A stretch of DNA of 63,894 nucleotides, the filler included, from Octopus bimaculoides (taxonomy: Eukaryota), in assembly GCF_001194135.2 (NCBI RefSeq). It is 7 parts of 6 records of this genome, joined end to end, with 100 filler letters (N's around TTAATTAATTAA, not from the genome) between each part and the next. Parts side by side here need not be neighbours in the genome. Positions count along the whole stretch, not along the records: positions 1 to 18,904 come from NC_069008.1; positions 19,005 to 38,795 come from NC_069007.1; 5 more parts are not named here. One strand, given 5' to 3'. The position numbers and the translations under genes were made by a program. Under the pieces are notes generated by a model, which searched no databases, was not told the origin of the DNA, and saw nothing but the letters and a program-made list of their open reading frames with translations. Below are positions 12,874 through 26,184 of the stretch, piece by piece; the first letter of the stretch is position 1; every line of letters starts with the position of its first letter.

Positions 12874-13080
12874 GTGTGTATATGTTTGTGTGTCTGTGTT
12901 TGTCCCTCCAACATCGCTTGACAACTGATGCTGGTGTGTTTACGTCCTTGTAACTTAGCGGCAAAAGAGACCGATAGAATGAGTACTAGGATTACAAAGA
13001 ATAAGTCCTGGGGTCGATTTGTTTGACTGAAAGGCGGTGCTCCAGCATGGCCGCAGTAAATTGACTAAAACAAGTGAAAG
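12650..13080 (+). mobile_element. Full-length tRNA-derived SINE family A (CORE-like head, internal microsatellite, tail)
   Basis: A/B-box-like head, GGCACCTTGGGCAA(G)TGTCTT CORE-like segment, (TA)n, tail ending GACTAAAACAAGTGAAAG. A head-only copy lies at 12451-12610. Confidence 0.85.
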
Positions 13081-13802
13081 ATTGAAGAAAAGAATTTATA
13101 CATTCTATTACAGGCACAAGGCCTGAAATTCTTTTTGGAGTGGGGGGGGGGGGTCTAGTCGATAGCATGGACTCAGTATGCAACTTCTGCTTCATATCAC
13201 CACGCCCAAAGGGATGAAAGGTAAATCCGACATTGACAGAAATTGAATTCAGAGTGTAAAGACAAATGGAAGAACACGAAGCGTTCTGCCTGTCATTCTA
13301 ACAATATTACTAGCTCACCACCTTACATTTGTATACTAACGCAACACAATGGAATAGAGTGCCTCTAAAATGTTGGATGCAGTCAGCTTTTAGAGAACTG
13401 CATCAATTACTCATCTATTCTTGAAACAATTGTTAAGGAAAATTTGCATTGTTTCTTCCTTCCTCTCTTCTCTGGTTGCCAGGTTTTTCCTGTGGTGGCG
13501 TGCTTCTACCTCCCGAACTATGCCATATCAATGTTATGGATTTACCTTGTGTGTACTAGTGTATTCCAAGTGTATGCCAGTGTATTCCAGGTATATTCCA
13601 GGTGTATACAAGTGTATATTGCAGCCATTTTCCTTTCATGGATCTTTTTCCGATTTTTTTGTGAATGAAACTTAAAGCATTCGTTCCCCCCTATGTGTTG
13701 TCATCATCATCATTTAACATCCGCTTTCCATGCTAGCATGGGTTGGACAATTCGACTGAGGACTGGTGAAACCAGATGGCTACACCAGGTGGTTACACCA
13801 GG

Positions 13803-13839
<37 letters not shown>

Positions 13840-13985
13840 TTGCTCACATGATTAACTAGACTATCAGATGTTGTTATACATTGCTGGTCACAGTGCACTT
13901 CACACCATGTATGTACTTACTTATGTAAACACACACACACATATATAGAGATATACATACATATGTATGTATACACATACATACG

Positions 13986-14033
<48 letters not shown>

Positions 14034-14267
14034 TCTATATACATAAATGCACAAATACATAATACTAATACACACATATATATTGTTTTACTTGTTTCAA
14101 GCATTTGAACATGACCATGCGGGAGCACCACCATAAGATATATATACATATACACATTCATGCACACATACATAATACTAATACATACATACATATGTAA
14201 TACTACAACTATTACTACTACTACTACTACTAGTATTACTGCTACTACTACTAATACTGCTGCTGCT

Positions 14268-14480
14268 GTCATGAAGAGGGACGAACATCAGTTGGCTATG
14301 ATGTGAAGGGCCATGAAATGATCCATGGTTCGGAATATCAAAGTGTGAGCACATCTGAAACGAGCTATTCGTAAAAGCGAGACGAGAGCAAACTGTGTGA
14401 CTGCAAAATACCGAAAGCATGGATTCTGCTGGGCCAGGCAGGTCACCAAAGGTCACAGACTAACTGGAGGATCTGTGCAT
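14268..14480 (+). mobile_element. Highly decayed RTE (BovB-like) RT C-terminal fragment
   Basis: QLAMM*RAMK*SMVGIS..EHI*NE resembles the RTE motif KLxVAQRAMERSMLGIS..D.IRNE. Confidence 0.45.
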
Positions 14481-14686
14481 TTGTTGAAGTGAGAGACAAG
14501 AAGTCAGAAAAGGTTTCTCAAAAAAAAAAATAAATAAATATTCGTGATTGAAGGAGGCAACATGGAAAAATAAAAGGAGCAATCAAGAAAGAATTTGGAA
14601 ACGTATTGTGACAAGTGATGTGTAACAACATTCAACAGGTTGACTGATACAGTCATATATGTCTGTGTGTTGTGTGTGTGTGTGTG

Positions 14687-14719
<33 letters not shown>

Positions 14720-15784
14720 GCACAGGAGTGGCTGTGTGGTAAGTAGCTTCCTTACCAAATATGTGTTCTGGGTTCAGTCCCACTGCGTGGCACCTTGGGC
14801 AAGTGTCTTCTACTGTAGCCTCGAGCCGAACAAAGCCTTGCAAGTGGATTTGGTCGATGGGCCCCATATGGTCTACATTTAGCACATTAGGAGTCCACCT
14901 AGTGGTCATTCCTCTTATCTGTATGTAATATAATTTTCTGAATCTTCAGACTTTTTCAATATGCTAGGCCACTGGTTTAAATTGATATTAATCCAATTAA
15001 TATCAGCTTTTTACCCTTATTATTTAAATTTATGTATATACATTCCTCCATGGTACAAATTTAATTTGTGGTCCGTGGGAAGAGCCATTTTAACGATGTG
15101 TCCTGCTCTAACTCTTCGAAACACCAGTGTTAGAATGGTGGCAGCTGATGAAAGAAATGTTCTCGATGTGGCCTGTGTGCTTTTGTACCTTGTTTATAAT
15201 TTTTTCAATGTATTTTTGCAATGTCATGTACCCAGATATGCATCTATATATACAGGTAGATGTAGGTATGTACATACATGTACGTATATATGCATATATT
15301 CATTTATTATTCTATTATATNNNNNNNNNNNNNNNNNNNNNNNNNNNNNNNNNNNNNNNNNNNNNNNNNNNNNNNNNNNNNNNNNNNNNNNNNNNNNNNN
15401 NNNNNNNNNNNNNNNNNNNNNNNNNNNNNNNNNNNNNNNNNNNNNNNNNNNNNNNNNNNNNNNNNNNNNNNNNNNNNNNNNNNNNNNNNNNNNNNNNNNN
15501 NNNNNNNNNNNNNNNNNNNNNNNNNNNNNNNNNNNNNNNNNNNNNNNNNNNNNNNNNNNNNNNNNNNNNNNNNNNNNNNNNNNNNNNNNNNNNNNNNNNN
15601 NNNNNNNNNNNNNNNNNNNNNNNNNNNNNNNNNNNNNNNNNNNNNNNNNNNNNNNNNNNNNNNNNNNNNNNNNNNNNNNNNNNNNNNNNNNNNNNNNNNN
15701 NNNNNNNNNNNNNNNNNNNNNNNNNNNNNNNNNNNNNNNNNNNNNNNNNNNNNNNNNNNNNNNNNNNNNNNNNNNNNNNNNNNN

Positions 15785-15815
<31 letters not shown>

Positions 15816-16726
15816 ATGAGTGTGATCTTTAGGGAAAGAAGCTTGCTTCCCAACCACATGGTTGCAGGTTCAGTCCCACTGCATGGCATCTTAGGCAAGT
15901 GTCTTCTACTATAGCCTCAAGCTGATCAAAGCCTTATGAGTGGATTTGGTAGACGGAAACTGAAAGAAGCCTGTCATACATGTATATATATGTGGGTGTC
16001 TGCGACTTTGTGTTTGTGCTCCCTCAATACACAGCTTGACAACCGGTGTTAATGAGTTTACATCCTCGTATCATAGCAGTTCAACAAGAGAGACTGATAG
16101 AACAAGTGCTACAGAAATGTACTGTGGTTGATTACTTAGACTAAAACTTTTTACAGGGCTTTAAAAAAAAAAACTGAAGGGCCGCTGTAGTATGCGTCTG
16201 AATCTTAGAGGGGAATATGTTCAATAAAATCATAATCAACTAACCCTCCACTATTTTCTTTTACCCAGAACCAGGAACTTTTCAGCATCCCACCCTTATA
16301 TATATAGATATATATGTATATATATGTATATATATGTATATATATGTATATATATGTATATATATGTATATATATGTATATATATGTATATGTATGTATA
16401 TATATATATGTATATATATGTATATGTATGTATATATATATATGTATATATATATATGTATGTATATATATATATGTATATATATATGTATATATATATG
16501 TATGTATATATATATATGTATATATATATATGTATATATATATGTATATATATATATATATGTATATATATATGTATATATATATGTATATATGTATATA
16601 TATATATGTATATATATATATAGATAGATAGATAGGGTGATAAATTGAATATTAATTCAATTTAAAACCAAGTGGCCTAGCATATAAAAAAATCTGAAAA
16701 TTCAGAAAAATTGTATTACATGCCTA

Positions 16727-16898
16727 TAAGAAGGGACGACCACTAAGTGGACGTCCTATATGCTAGAAAGAGATCATCAATGACCCAACCAAAAATTTGC
16801 GAAATTTTTTCTGGAGAACGTTATTTTTCTTTGTGGTTGGGTCGTTGATGACCTCTTTCTAGCATATCGGGTGTCCACTTAGTGGTCATCCCTTCTTA
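16727..16898. mobile_element. MITE with about 65-bp imperfect TIRs and TA target duplication (Tc1/mariner-like)
   Basis: TA|TAAGAAGGGACGACCACTAAGTGGAC...GTCCACTTAGTGGTCATCCCTTCTTA|TA. A right-end fragment lies near 14890-14915. Confidence 0.8.
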
Positions 16899-16987
16899 TA
16901 CACATGTGTATATATATATATATATGTACGTGTGTATATATATATATATATATGTACGTATATATGCATATACTCATATATTATTTG

Positions 16988-17026
<39 letters not shown>

Positions 17027-18445
17027 TTAATCAAAGAACATACCAAGTATGTCTATATGCTGGAAATAACAGTCAAAACTGTTATTTAAATCGCCAAAAT
17101 ACACTGATAATAACTACAAAAATCAACTGTCTGAAGGTAAATGAGTTAAGACCATCTCTCAGCATACATTCAAGTATTTGGACTCCTGTGGATCAGTTTT
17201 TGGATGCAAATATTTTCTTCTGAATTATTTGTTCCTTTTTCTTCTCTCCTTCTCAATACCCTTTGATATTATATTAATCTCTACTTTCTTTAAGACATAA
17301 TATATACTACCTTCACCCACTATATTAGATTGAGGCCTTCTATAACCAGCTCCTTTTGTATATATGCTATCAGTAAATGGTTTATAGCTGATATCTCAAC
17401 ACAGTTCTATTCGGTATATCTTTACTACTTGTGAAGAGATTCATCTTATAATGACTTTAATTTTACAAATTAGTTATCTGAAGATTTCTGAATCGAAACA
17501 GCTGTCAGAGATGTTGCCATATTTTATAATTAATAAATAATTTTATTAATTGCCTCTCCACACACACACATACACAGACAGACAGACAGACACACACATA
17601 CACAGACAGACAGACACACAGAAGTGTATATAAGCTGTAGTACCAAAAATTTAGGGGTGGAAAAAGGGTGGCACGGGTCACAGTTAGGGATTTTTTTTGC
17701 TGTAATAAGAGATAGACTGACTAAATATTTAAGGGAGGGGCTGAATATAGAATGTAGATAGAGGTGGGCCTCTTAGGATTACATTGGGTAATAACAGTGA
17801 CGGTTGTAATACCATTTATTCATGGTAGCAGTAAGGGTGGTGGAGGTGGTTGGGTGGAATAGAGGAAGGGGTGGGGGGATATGGCTGGTGGTGGAGAGGA
17901 GTGTGGTGGTGAATAAACAGTGGCGGAGGTGAAGGCGGCAGTGGTGTTGGCGGTGGGGTTGTTGTAGTGGTGGAGGAGGAGATGGGTGGTTGCGAATGAT
18001 GAAGTAGGAGAGAGAGAGAGAGAGAGAGAGACATGAGAAGCATTGGAAACAAGAGGGAGGAAAAAAAGAACAAAAAAAAACACAGAAGAAATTTTTACAG
18101 TAATTTCAAAGAAAGCAAAAATTAAAGATAATAGGTAAATAAATAAAAAAAATTTTAAAATAATAATAATAATAATAATAATGATAGTAACAATTATGGT
18201 AATGTTGATAAACACCAATAGTGACTGCAGCAGCAACGAAGATGACGACGACAACAACAACAAAGAGGAGGAGGAGGAGGAAGCGGGGGAAGAAGGAAAA
18301 GATGAAAGTAATGTAAATTTAGAGGAAAAAAGAATTTAAGAAGTAAAAGAAATATATGTATAAATATGTATATACATATACGTATATATATCCATATATA
18401 TATGTACGTATATATATATAGGCATATCCATATACATATGACTGT

Positions 18446-18491
<46 letters not shown>

Positions 18492-18758
18492 TTTAGTTAG
18501 ATATATATATATACGTAGAAAGGAACATATATATATATATACATACACAATACTCCTGTATGTATATATAATCACATATGTATATACATACATATAGATT
18601 TAATCTTATGGGCACACATAATACATACATACATACATATATATCAATATATATATATAGGTTTGTGTGTATATATATGTATATATATACATATACACAC
18701 ACAAACATGTATATATTTTCACACATACAAATATTTATATATGTATGTATAAACACAC

Positions 18759-18835
<77 letters not shown>

Positions 18836-18904
18836 CTTATATATATATACATATATGTATATATATATATATACACTCACACGCAATGTATGTACACGTA
18901 TGTT

Positions 18905-19004
18905 NNNNNNNNNNNNNNNNNNNNNNNNNNNNNNNNNNNNNNNNNNNNTTAATTAATTAANNNNNNNNNNNNNNNNNNNNNNNNNNNNNNNNNNNNNNNN
19001 NNNN
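18905..19004. other. Artificial scaffold-join linker (44N + TTAATTAATTAA + 44N), one of six
   Basis: The 12-mer lies at 18949, 38840, 46667, 52306, 61214 and 62759, always in an exact 100-bp block, and has TAA stops in all six frames. Confidence 0.95.
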
Positions 19005-19114
19005 GGTCGTCGTCGTCGTCGTCGTCGTGCTGATAGTGCTGGAGATAGTGGTGCTGGTGATCTTGGGGTAGAAGAGGGGTGGGGGGGGCGGACAAGGAGC
19101 TGCGAAGAATGGAC

Positions 19115-19145
<31 letters not shown>

Positions 19146-19582
19146 GTGATCATGATGAAGATCGTGATGAATAGTGTGGCTGTGGCGGCGGCGGCCTCGC
19201 GGCGACGGTCGTGGTCTTGTGGGGCAGGGGGGTGACAATGATACCGGTGGAAATAAACAACGGATAACTAGTTTATATTTTCCTTTCTTCTACATACATA
19301 TGAGTGTATGTGTGTGTGCGTATGATATATATATATATATATAAACACGCATGTATATACATATACATATGTATATATACACACACATGTATATGTGTGT
19401 GTGTGCATATATACACACACATATATATATACATATATACATATACATACCTATATATATGTATATATATATATATATATATGTATATACATATATATTT
19501 GTATGTATGCATCTATGTACATACATACATATATATATATATGTGTGTGTGTTTGTGTGTATGTATACATACATACATATAA

Positions 19583-19661
<79 letters not shown>

Positions 19662-22122
19662 CATACCTATATATATATGTTTATATACATATGTATTTGT
19701 ATATATATATATTACATACATATATACATATATATATAGTTATATACATATATGTATATATAAATGTATGTATGTACATAACGGGGTATATAATGGTGTT
19801 TTAATAAATTGATTATATTTGCTTCATTGATGATGGAGTCATTGAAGCACGAGTTAGAGCCTTACATGACGTACACACAGACACACACACATATTCACAC
19901 GAATATATTTAGAAAGAGGGGGTGGAGGATGGAAGATAGAGATTTATATTACATACATGTATACTCACATATGTATATGTATACATATATGGATACAGAT
20001 ACACATGTATACATACATATATATAATATATATATATGTATAATAAGGTTCATATATGTATATATATACTTATAAATACATATACATATATATACATATG
20101 TATATGAATAGGCATATATATGTACATACATTGTTTATACGAACAGTAGAAAAGTAGTCCATACTTTAATGGCTGTCGACAGCCATAAAACGTGCAAGTG
20201 ACGATATTAGCAATCGTATGTCTAACCTATGATGATATGCAGAATTATTTGATAAAATGGTTCCCTACTACAATAGAGACCTTACTACAAACATTTCCAA
20301 ACGCATAGAGTAACCTGTATTAAATAACTCTAAGGTCCTTTTCATACCTTGAATGTAACTACAAATGCAATATGGATATTCTTAACATTACTTAAATAGC
20401 ACTTCCCCATTTGACATAGCTATCACAAGATATTGATTAAAAAGCATGTTAAGGTTAGTGATAGGTGCGTGAGAAGTAAATCTAGCCCTAATCAAATGAG
20501 AAACTGAGATATGATAATAAACAACTTGTCAAACCCTATCAATTGTATTTAGAAACGTTATTTCTGTTATTAGTATCTTTCTTTTACTTGTTTCAGTTAT
20601 TCGACTGTCGCCATGCTGGGGTACCGCCTTGAAAATTTTTAGTCGAACAAATCAACTGATGTTGCTTTTTTGTTTTAATTTTTTTACTTATTCAATCGGC
20701 GTCTCTTATTATATTCTACAAATTCTTATTATTTCGTTTTCTTATTTTGATATCCTCACTTATTAACCCCTTATCCCTTTCAAATTGTTATATTTCTTGT
20801 TCTTAAATTGACATATTTTTCAATTACTTCGATCTATGCAAGATACTTATACTATATTCATATAAGCGTATAAATATCTGTGTATATGTATATATATGCA
20901 CATATATATGTGTGCGTGTGTGTGCGTGTGTGTGCGTGTGTGTGCGTGCATGAATATATATGTATTGAAAAACCCTCTTTGTATATGTATCTGTATGCAT
21001 TATTTTACACTTTACATATACTTATATCAGCACATAGTTTTTGAGTATTTATATTCTTTTTTTATACTTTAGATTTCATAATTTTTGTTTCTACATGTCT
21101 ATGTATTTACCATTATCTCAATATCCCNNNNNNNNNNNNNNNNNNNNNNNNNNNNNNNNNNNCTCTTTGTATATGTATCTGTATGCATTATTTTACACTT
21201 TACATATACTTATATCAGCACATAGTTTTTGAGTATTTATATTCTTTTTTTATACTTTAGATGTCATAATTTTTGTTTCTACATGTCTATGTATTTACCA
21301 TTATCTCAATATCCCACTTCTGATTCACAGCTTAGCATTAATAAAATTAAAAGATAGTAAGTATATCTTTCCAGACATTCCATATGTCAGTGCCTTGATG
21401 TTGGTGTGTTTATGTCTTCGAAACTTAGCGGTTCGGCAAAAGAGCCCAATACAATAATTACTAGACTTACAAAGAATAAGTCCTGGGGTCGATCTGTTCG
21501 ACTAAAGGCGGTGCTCCAGCATGGCCGCAGTCAAATGAGTGAAACAAGTAAAAGAGTAATTTAATAAATAAATAAATAAATAAAACGTTTCTAAGGGAGA
21601 TAATTTAAAATTTTCTTTACGATACTTACGTCCCTTACATTCCATACTCCTGACGTGGGAGGTGTGTTAGCTTAAACGCTTCTCTAATTACTCTCTTCAT
21701 CTTAAAAGCCAACAAGATTGCCATGGTTGGAATACGCTTGATAATGTAGCACCTTGATCATGGCAGGCTTGGGGTTACATAAGTGTGAGAACGGAATCTG
21801 CTTCGGGGACGCAAACCCGGTTCTGGTTTCTAGTTTTTGCACAAGGCCAGCAATTGTCTGTATGTATGTATGTATTATTTATGTATGTATGTATTTATTT
21901 ATGTATGCACGTATGGATGTACGTATGTATGTATGTATGTACGTACGTATGTATGTATGCATGAATGTATGTATGAACGTATGTATGTATGTGTGCATGT
22001 TAGTATGTATATGCATGTATGTAAGTATTTATGTATTTGTCTATGTGTATGTATGTATATGTATGCATATGTCTATGCGTGTCGTATGTGTATGTATTTA
22101 CACACACACACACAAACGCACA

Positions 22123-22161
<39 letters not shown>

Positions 22162-22725
22162 CTCCGCAATTTCCTTCGTAATAATATTTTCCCAGAGTCT
22201 TGCATCCAGGGGAAATAATCTATGTATTCTTCCCGAAATTCAAGGGACACAACTCGAGGATGTAATTGATGAATATTGATGAAGCTGAACTTGCCTTTCA
22301 TCAATCGAGGCCGATAAAATAAGATACCAGTGTAACACTGAAATCGACTAGCCCCCTCCCCTCAAAATTTCAAGCATTGTGCCTATAGAAGAAAGGACTG
22401 TTTGAACACCACATCAGCTCTGATCTGACAAACGCAAGATGAAAACATCACTTTCCTCACCTTACGGTCTTCTTTATGGTCGCTGGAGGGTGATATGGCT
22501 GCTATTTCTAGCAAGTCGGATAACCAACTCGGACAGTGGTTCTCGAAATGTGTAACCTATGGATCCCTTTGATTATTATTTCATTCTGGTGGACCCCCGT
22601 AGCTACTTAATGTTTAAAACCCAGTTTTAAAGCAAAGCTTCTTTCAAAATTCCTATTTCGTTTTTCGCACGTTCACTTGGACACGTTTCAGAGACCGGAA
22701 AACTTTTGAACAACGTAAAACGTAA

Positions 22726-23155
22726 GGCGGTGAGCTGGCAGAAACGGTAGCACGCCGGGCGAAATGTTTAGCGGTATTTCGTCTGATGCTACGTTCTGAG
22801 TTCAAATTCTACCGAGGTCGGTTTTGCTTTTCATCTTTTCGGGGTCCATAATTTAAGTACCAGTTATGCACTGGGGTCGATGTAATCGGCTTAATCCCTT
22901 TGTCTGTCTTTGTTTGTCCCCTCTATGTTTAGCCCCCTGTGGGCAATAAAGAAATAAGAAACGTTAGCACGCCGGGCGAAATGCTCAGCGGTATTTCGTC
23001 TGCCGTTACGTTCTGAGTTCAAATTCCGCCGAGGTCGACTTTGCCTTCCATCCTTTTGGGGTCGATAAATTAAGTACAAGTTGCGTACTGGGGTCGATCT
23101 AATCGACTGGCTCCCTCCCTACAAATTTCGGGCCCTGTGCCCTGAGTGGAAAAGA
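22726..23155 (+). mobile_element. Tandem dimer of tRNA-derived SINE family B
   Basis: Two copies of GTTAGCACGCCGGGCGAAATG...GAGTTCAAATTC(C/T)...GGGGTCGAT...AAGTACCAG; the second lacks the first nucleotides of the head. Confidence 0.85.
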
Positions 23156-23272
23156 ACTACGTAAAACGTTGCTATAAATACATCTAAGGCGTGGCTGTGT
23201 GGTAACAAGCTTGTTTCCCAATCACATGGCTCCGAGATCAGTCTCACTGCGTGGCACCCTAGGCAAGTGTCT

Positions 23273-23310
<38 letters not shown>

Positions 23311-24171
23311 AGACAAGCACTGATAGGCATGCATATCAATGTTTGTGTTTCATGAGTGCCACGTATGAAACTCTCGGCCCTCGAATTACCTACATCACGA
23401 TGAAAGCGTGTGTGTGTGTGTGTGTGTGTGTGTTCAGATAAGAAAAGAAAAGGAGCAACAATTAACAATTAGACGTTGGTCGTTGGTATTAAATGGTCAT
23501 AGTTTAAATGTAGTTAATATAACAATAACATTACAGCTGTTACAGTTTATTATTTTTGAGGAAAATTTGCATTTGTCTCGTTCCATGTAACAAATATCGT
23601 CAGAAATATATATATATAATTAACATAATATGGTAAAAATTCGATATTAATTAATATCAATTTAATACCAGGAAACTAGCACATTAAAAGAATCAGAAGG
23701 TTCTTNNNNNNNNNNNNNNNNNNNNNNNNNNNNNNNNNNNNNNNNNNNNNNNNNNNNNNNNNNNNNNNNNNNNNNNNNNNNNNNNNNNNNNNNNNNNNNN
23801 NNNNNNNNNNNNNNNNNNNNNNNNNNNNNNNNNNNNNNNNNNNNNNNNNNNNNNNNNNNNNNNNNNNNNNNNNNNNNNNNNNNNNNNNNNNNNNNNNNNN
23901 NNNNNNNNNNNNNNNNNNNNNNNNNNNNNNNNNNNNNNNNNNNNNNNNNNNNNNNNNNNNNNNNNNNNNNNNNNNNNNNNNNNNNNNNNNNNNNNNNNNN
24001 NNNNNNNNNNNNNNNNNNNNNNNNNNNNNNNNNNNNNNNNNNNNNNNNNNNNNNNNNNNNNNNNNNNNNNNNNNNNNNNNNNNNNNNNNNNNNNNNNNNN
24101 NNNCTGAATCCGTATTTGAGAATTTTTTTAAGTGAGCTTCTAGCATTTTGACAGACCGGTCATTGGTCAAT

Positions 24172-24211
<40 letters not shown>

Positions 24212-24733
24212 CATGTACTGAGTATCATTTCTCAAAGTTGTATCACCAAATACACACACACACACACACACACAAATCAACACATACAAACAACACACAC
24301 ACATACACACTTTAGTGTGGCTTTCATGTATTATTATATCAACAAAAAAAAGTACCAAGCATTGACTGAAGAATCCCACAATACATTTAATTATAGTATC
24401 ATATATTTATTTTATTTTAACAGAATAATCGTTGACAGTGAGTTTAAAGATTCGGCTAAGCTGCCTTCGTCAGACTATAAGGTTTATGAGGATTTTCTAA
24501 GCTTCTTATATATTTTTAAGCTCATCTTGTGAGTAGGTCAAAGTGGTTGCAGAGTAGATATAGTCTAAAAGTATATCTATGTGGTATATATATATATATT
24601 TATGGAGGACGACGTTTAAATCTTCTCTAGATAAGTGAAAGTGAGGTAGTGAAGTATTGAGCAAATAATAAGATTAAATCGGTTATGCCTTTATCCCTTG
24701 CCGCCATGTTTGTTATGAATATATTTACACGAT

Positions 24734-26134
24734 TTACAGTTTTTCGGAAATAAAATGGCCATGTAATGTGTAAGGGACTGTCGTAGGAAGTTCCGCTTGA
24801 CTTATCAAGGTCATGGTTTTAGCATCTATTACATAAAGATAATGTTTATTTGTTGCTGCGTCTGCCCCCGGAAGTACCAAGACACCATCGTCCTCTTCTT
24901 TCGCATTTGGTGTCGGAACGAAAATAGCTTCGCTCACGTACACACCGGTCTTGTAATAGTATTTGTCTCTTCCTTTCTCACAGACATCCTTCTTGATTAA
25001 AGCTATACTTGTGATATTATCGTGTATTACTCTTAAGGCCACGCCATATAGAAAACAGTAAGGTTTACTTCGGTAATTTTCGTTAATCGTCGGAAAATCA
25101 AACCGAGTAAGAAATGTTTCGTTTGAAGGTCTGGAAAATGAATGAACTTTGCTTGTCTTGTTTTCAATGTTGAAAATATATCGTCTGATCTGAGCTGAAA
25201 ACGGAATATTTTTTCTTTTGGCTGGATTCACCATATTCTCTACAAACATAGATTTTACAAATAACGGGTCATCGTAACCAACTGCATCTACAATAATATT
25301 TCCATTTTCATCCTCGTAGGCATTTGCGTGGTGCATGATAAAGCTGTTTTCTGTTTTCATATTTATAACCTCGCCAGTCTTCAAGTTGATTATGTTAACG
25401 TCAATCGGTTTATCTCCATACCAATCCATTCCATCGAACGGGTGCATTTCTTTCAGAAATTTTGGAATGTTCAAATACATCGGATGACAGAACAATATCC
25501 CATAATGCTCAGTCGTAGAAAAAGAATGCATGTAGGGTATTTTGTCAACGGGTACATTTGCAATGACTTCTCGCTTCTGTGCCGTATGAATTCGAATAAA
25601 CTTCACTGAACTTTTCACCCAAGGAATCAAGCTCAACGTTGACAGGAATAACAAAGAGTTATTTGTACCAAATTCGGGCAGAGGGTGGGCCGTGGATATG
25701 AGGTTTAAGAAGCCAATGGATGACTTCTGGGGAACTGGCGCCTCACATGCAGAAATAGTCTGTAAAGTAGTACAATTGAATTCATACATTTTCCAGTAAT
25801 CTGTGAGTGCAAAACAACCCTTGTCGTCTTGGCCGTTTGCTTTGGCCGTTTTGTAATAAGAATAGACGTTGACGTTCATGTTATCCAAACCGTTTATGAT
25901 GGACTTAAATTGTTTCCATCGACTGAAAGGTGGTTCAACGCCAATAAACGTGAGATACGGAGCAATATCGTCTGTGGCGATGCTTTTATTGTAAGTCGAA
26001 CTCTTTACAAACTTCGTTGAAAAAAGAGCTGTGTTATTTCCGGTTATCTTCCAGCTCGACAGTTTGGCAAAAGAATCGAACAAGTGCAGAAAATGCCTTT
26101 TGCCACTTTCAAACTGACCAAAACCATTTCGTAT
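24734..26134 (-). CDS. Carotenoid cleavage oxygenase (RPE65/BCO/NinaB superfamily), second (terminal) coding exon
   Basis: Acceptor ttcattgcAG|ATACGA at 26135/26134, phase 0; 466 codons plus TAA. Motifs: IRNGFG, HLFDS, DNMNVN, TAH, MHSF, MHHANAYED, FDFPTIN, SEAIF, EDDGVL, LHGHF (four Fe-ligand His present). AATAAA on the minus strand near 24406-24416. Confidence 0.95.
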   Translation of the reverse strand: MRNGFGQFESGKRHFLHLFDSFAKLSSWKITGNNTALFSTKFVKSSTYNKSIATDDIAPYLTFIGVEPPFSRWKQFKSIINGLDNMNVNVYSYYKTAKANGQDDKGCFALTDYWKMYEFNCTTLQTISACEAPVPQKSSIGFLNLISTAHPLPEFGTNNSLLFLSTLSLIPWVKSSVKFIRIHTAQKREVIANVPVDKIPYMHSFSTTEHYGILFCHPMYLNIPKFLKEMHPFDGMDWYGDKPIDVNIINLKTGEVINMKTENSFIMHHANAYEDENGNIIVDAVGYDDPLFVKSMFVENMVNPAKRKNIPFSAQIRRYIFNIENKTSKVHSFSRPSNETFLTRFDFPTINENYRSKPYCFLYGVALRVIHDNITSIALIKKDVCEKGRDKYYYKTGVYVSEAIFVPTPNAKEEDDGVLVLPGADAATNKHYLYVIDAKTMTLISQAELPTTVPYTLHGHFISEKL

Positions 26135-26184
26135 CTGCAATGAAATATTTAGGTGAGAGAAATGGCAGGAATATATTTCATATT

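Noticed and set aside
17820-19260. His/Pro-rich minus-strand frames at 17820-18080 and 19005-19240 as extra NFI exons
   Set aside because: Low-complexity sequence with no usable acceptor and donor pair.
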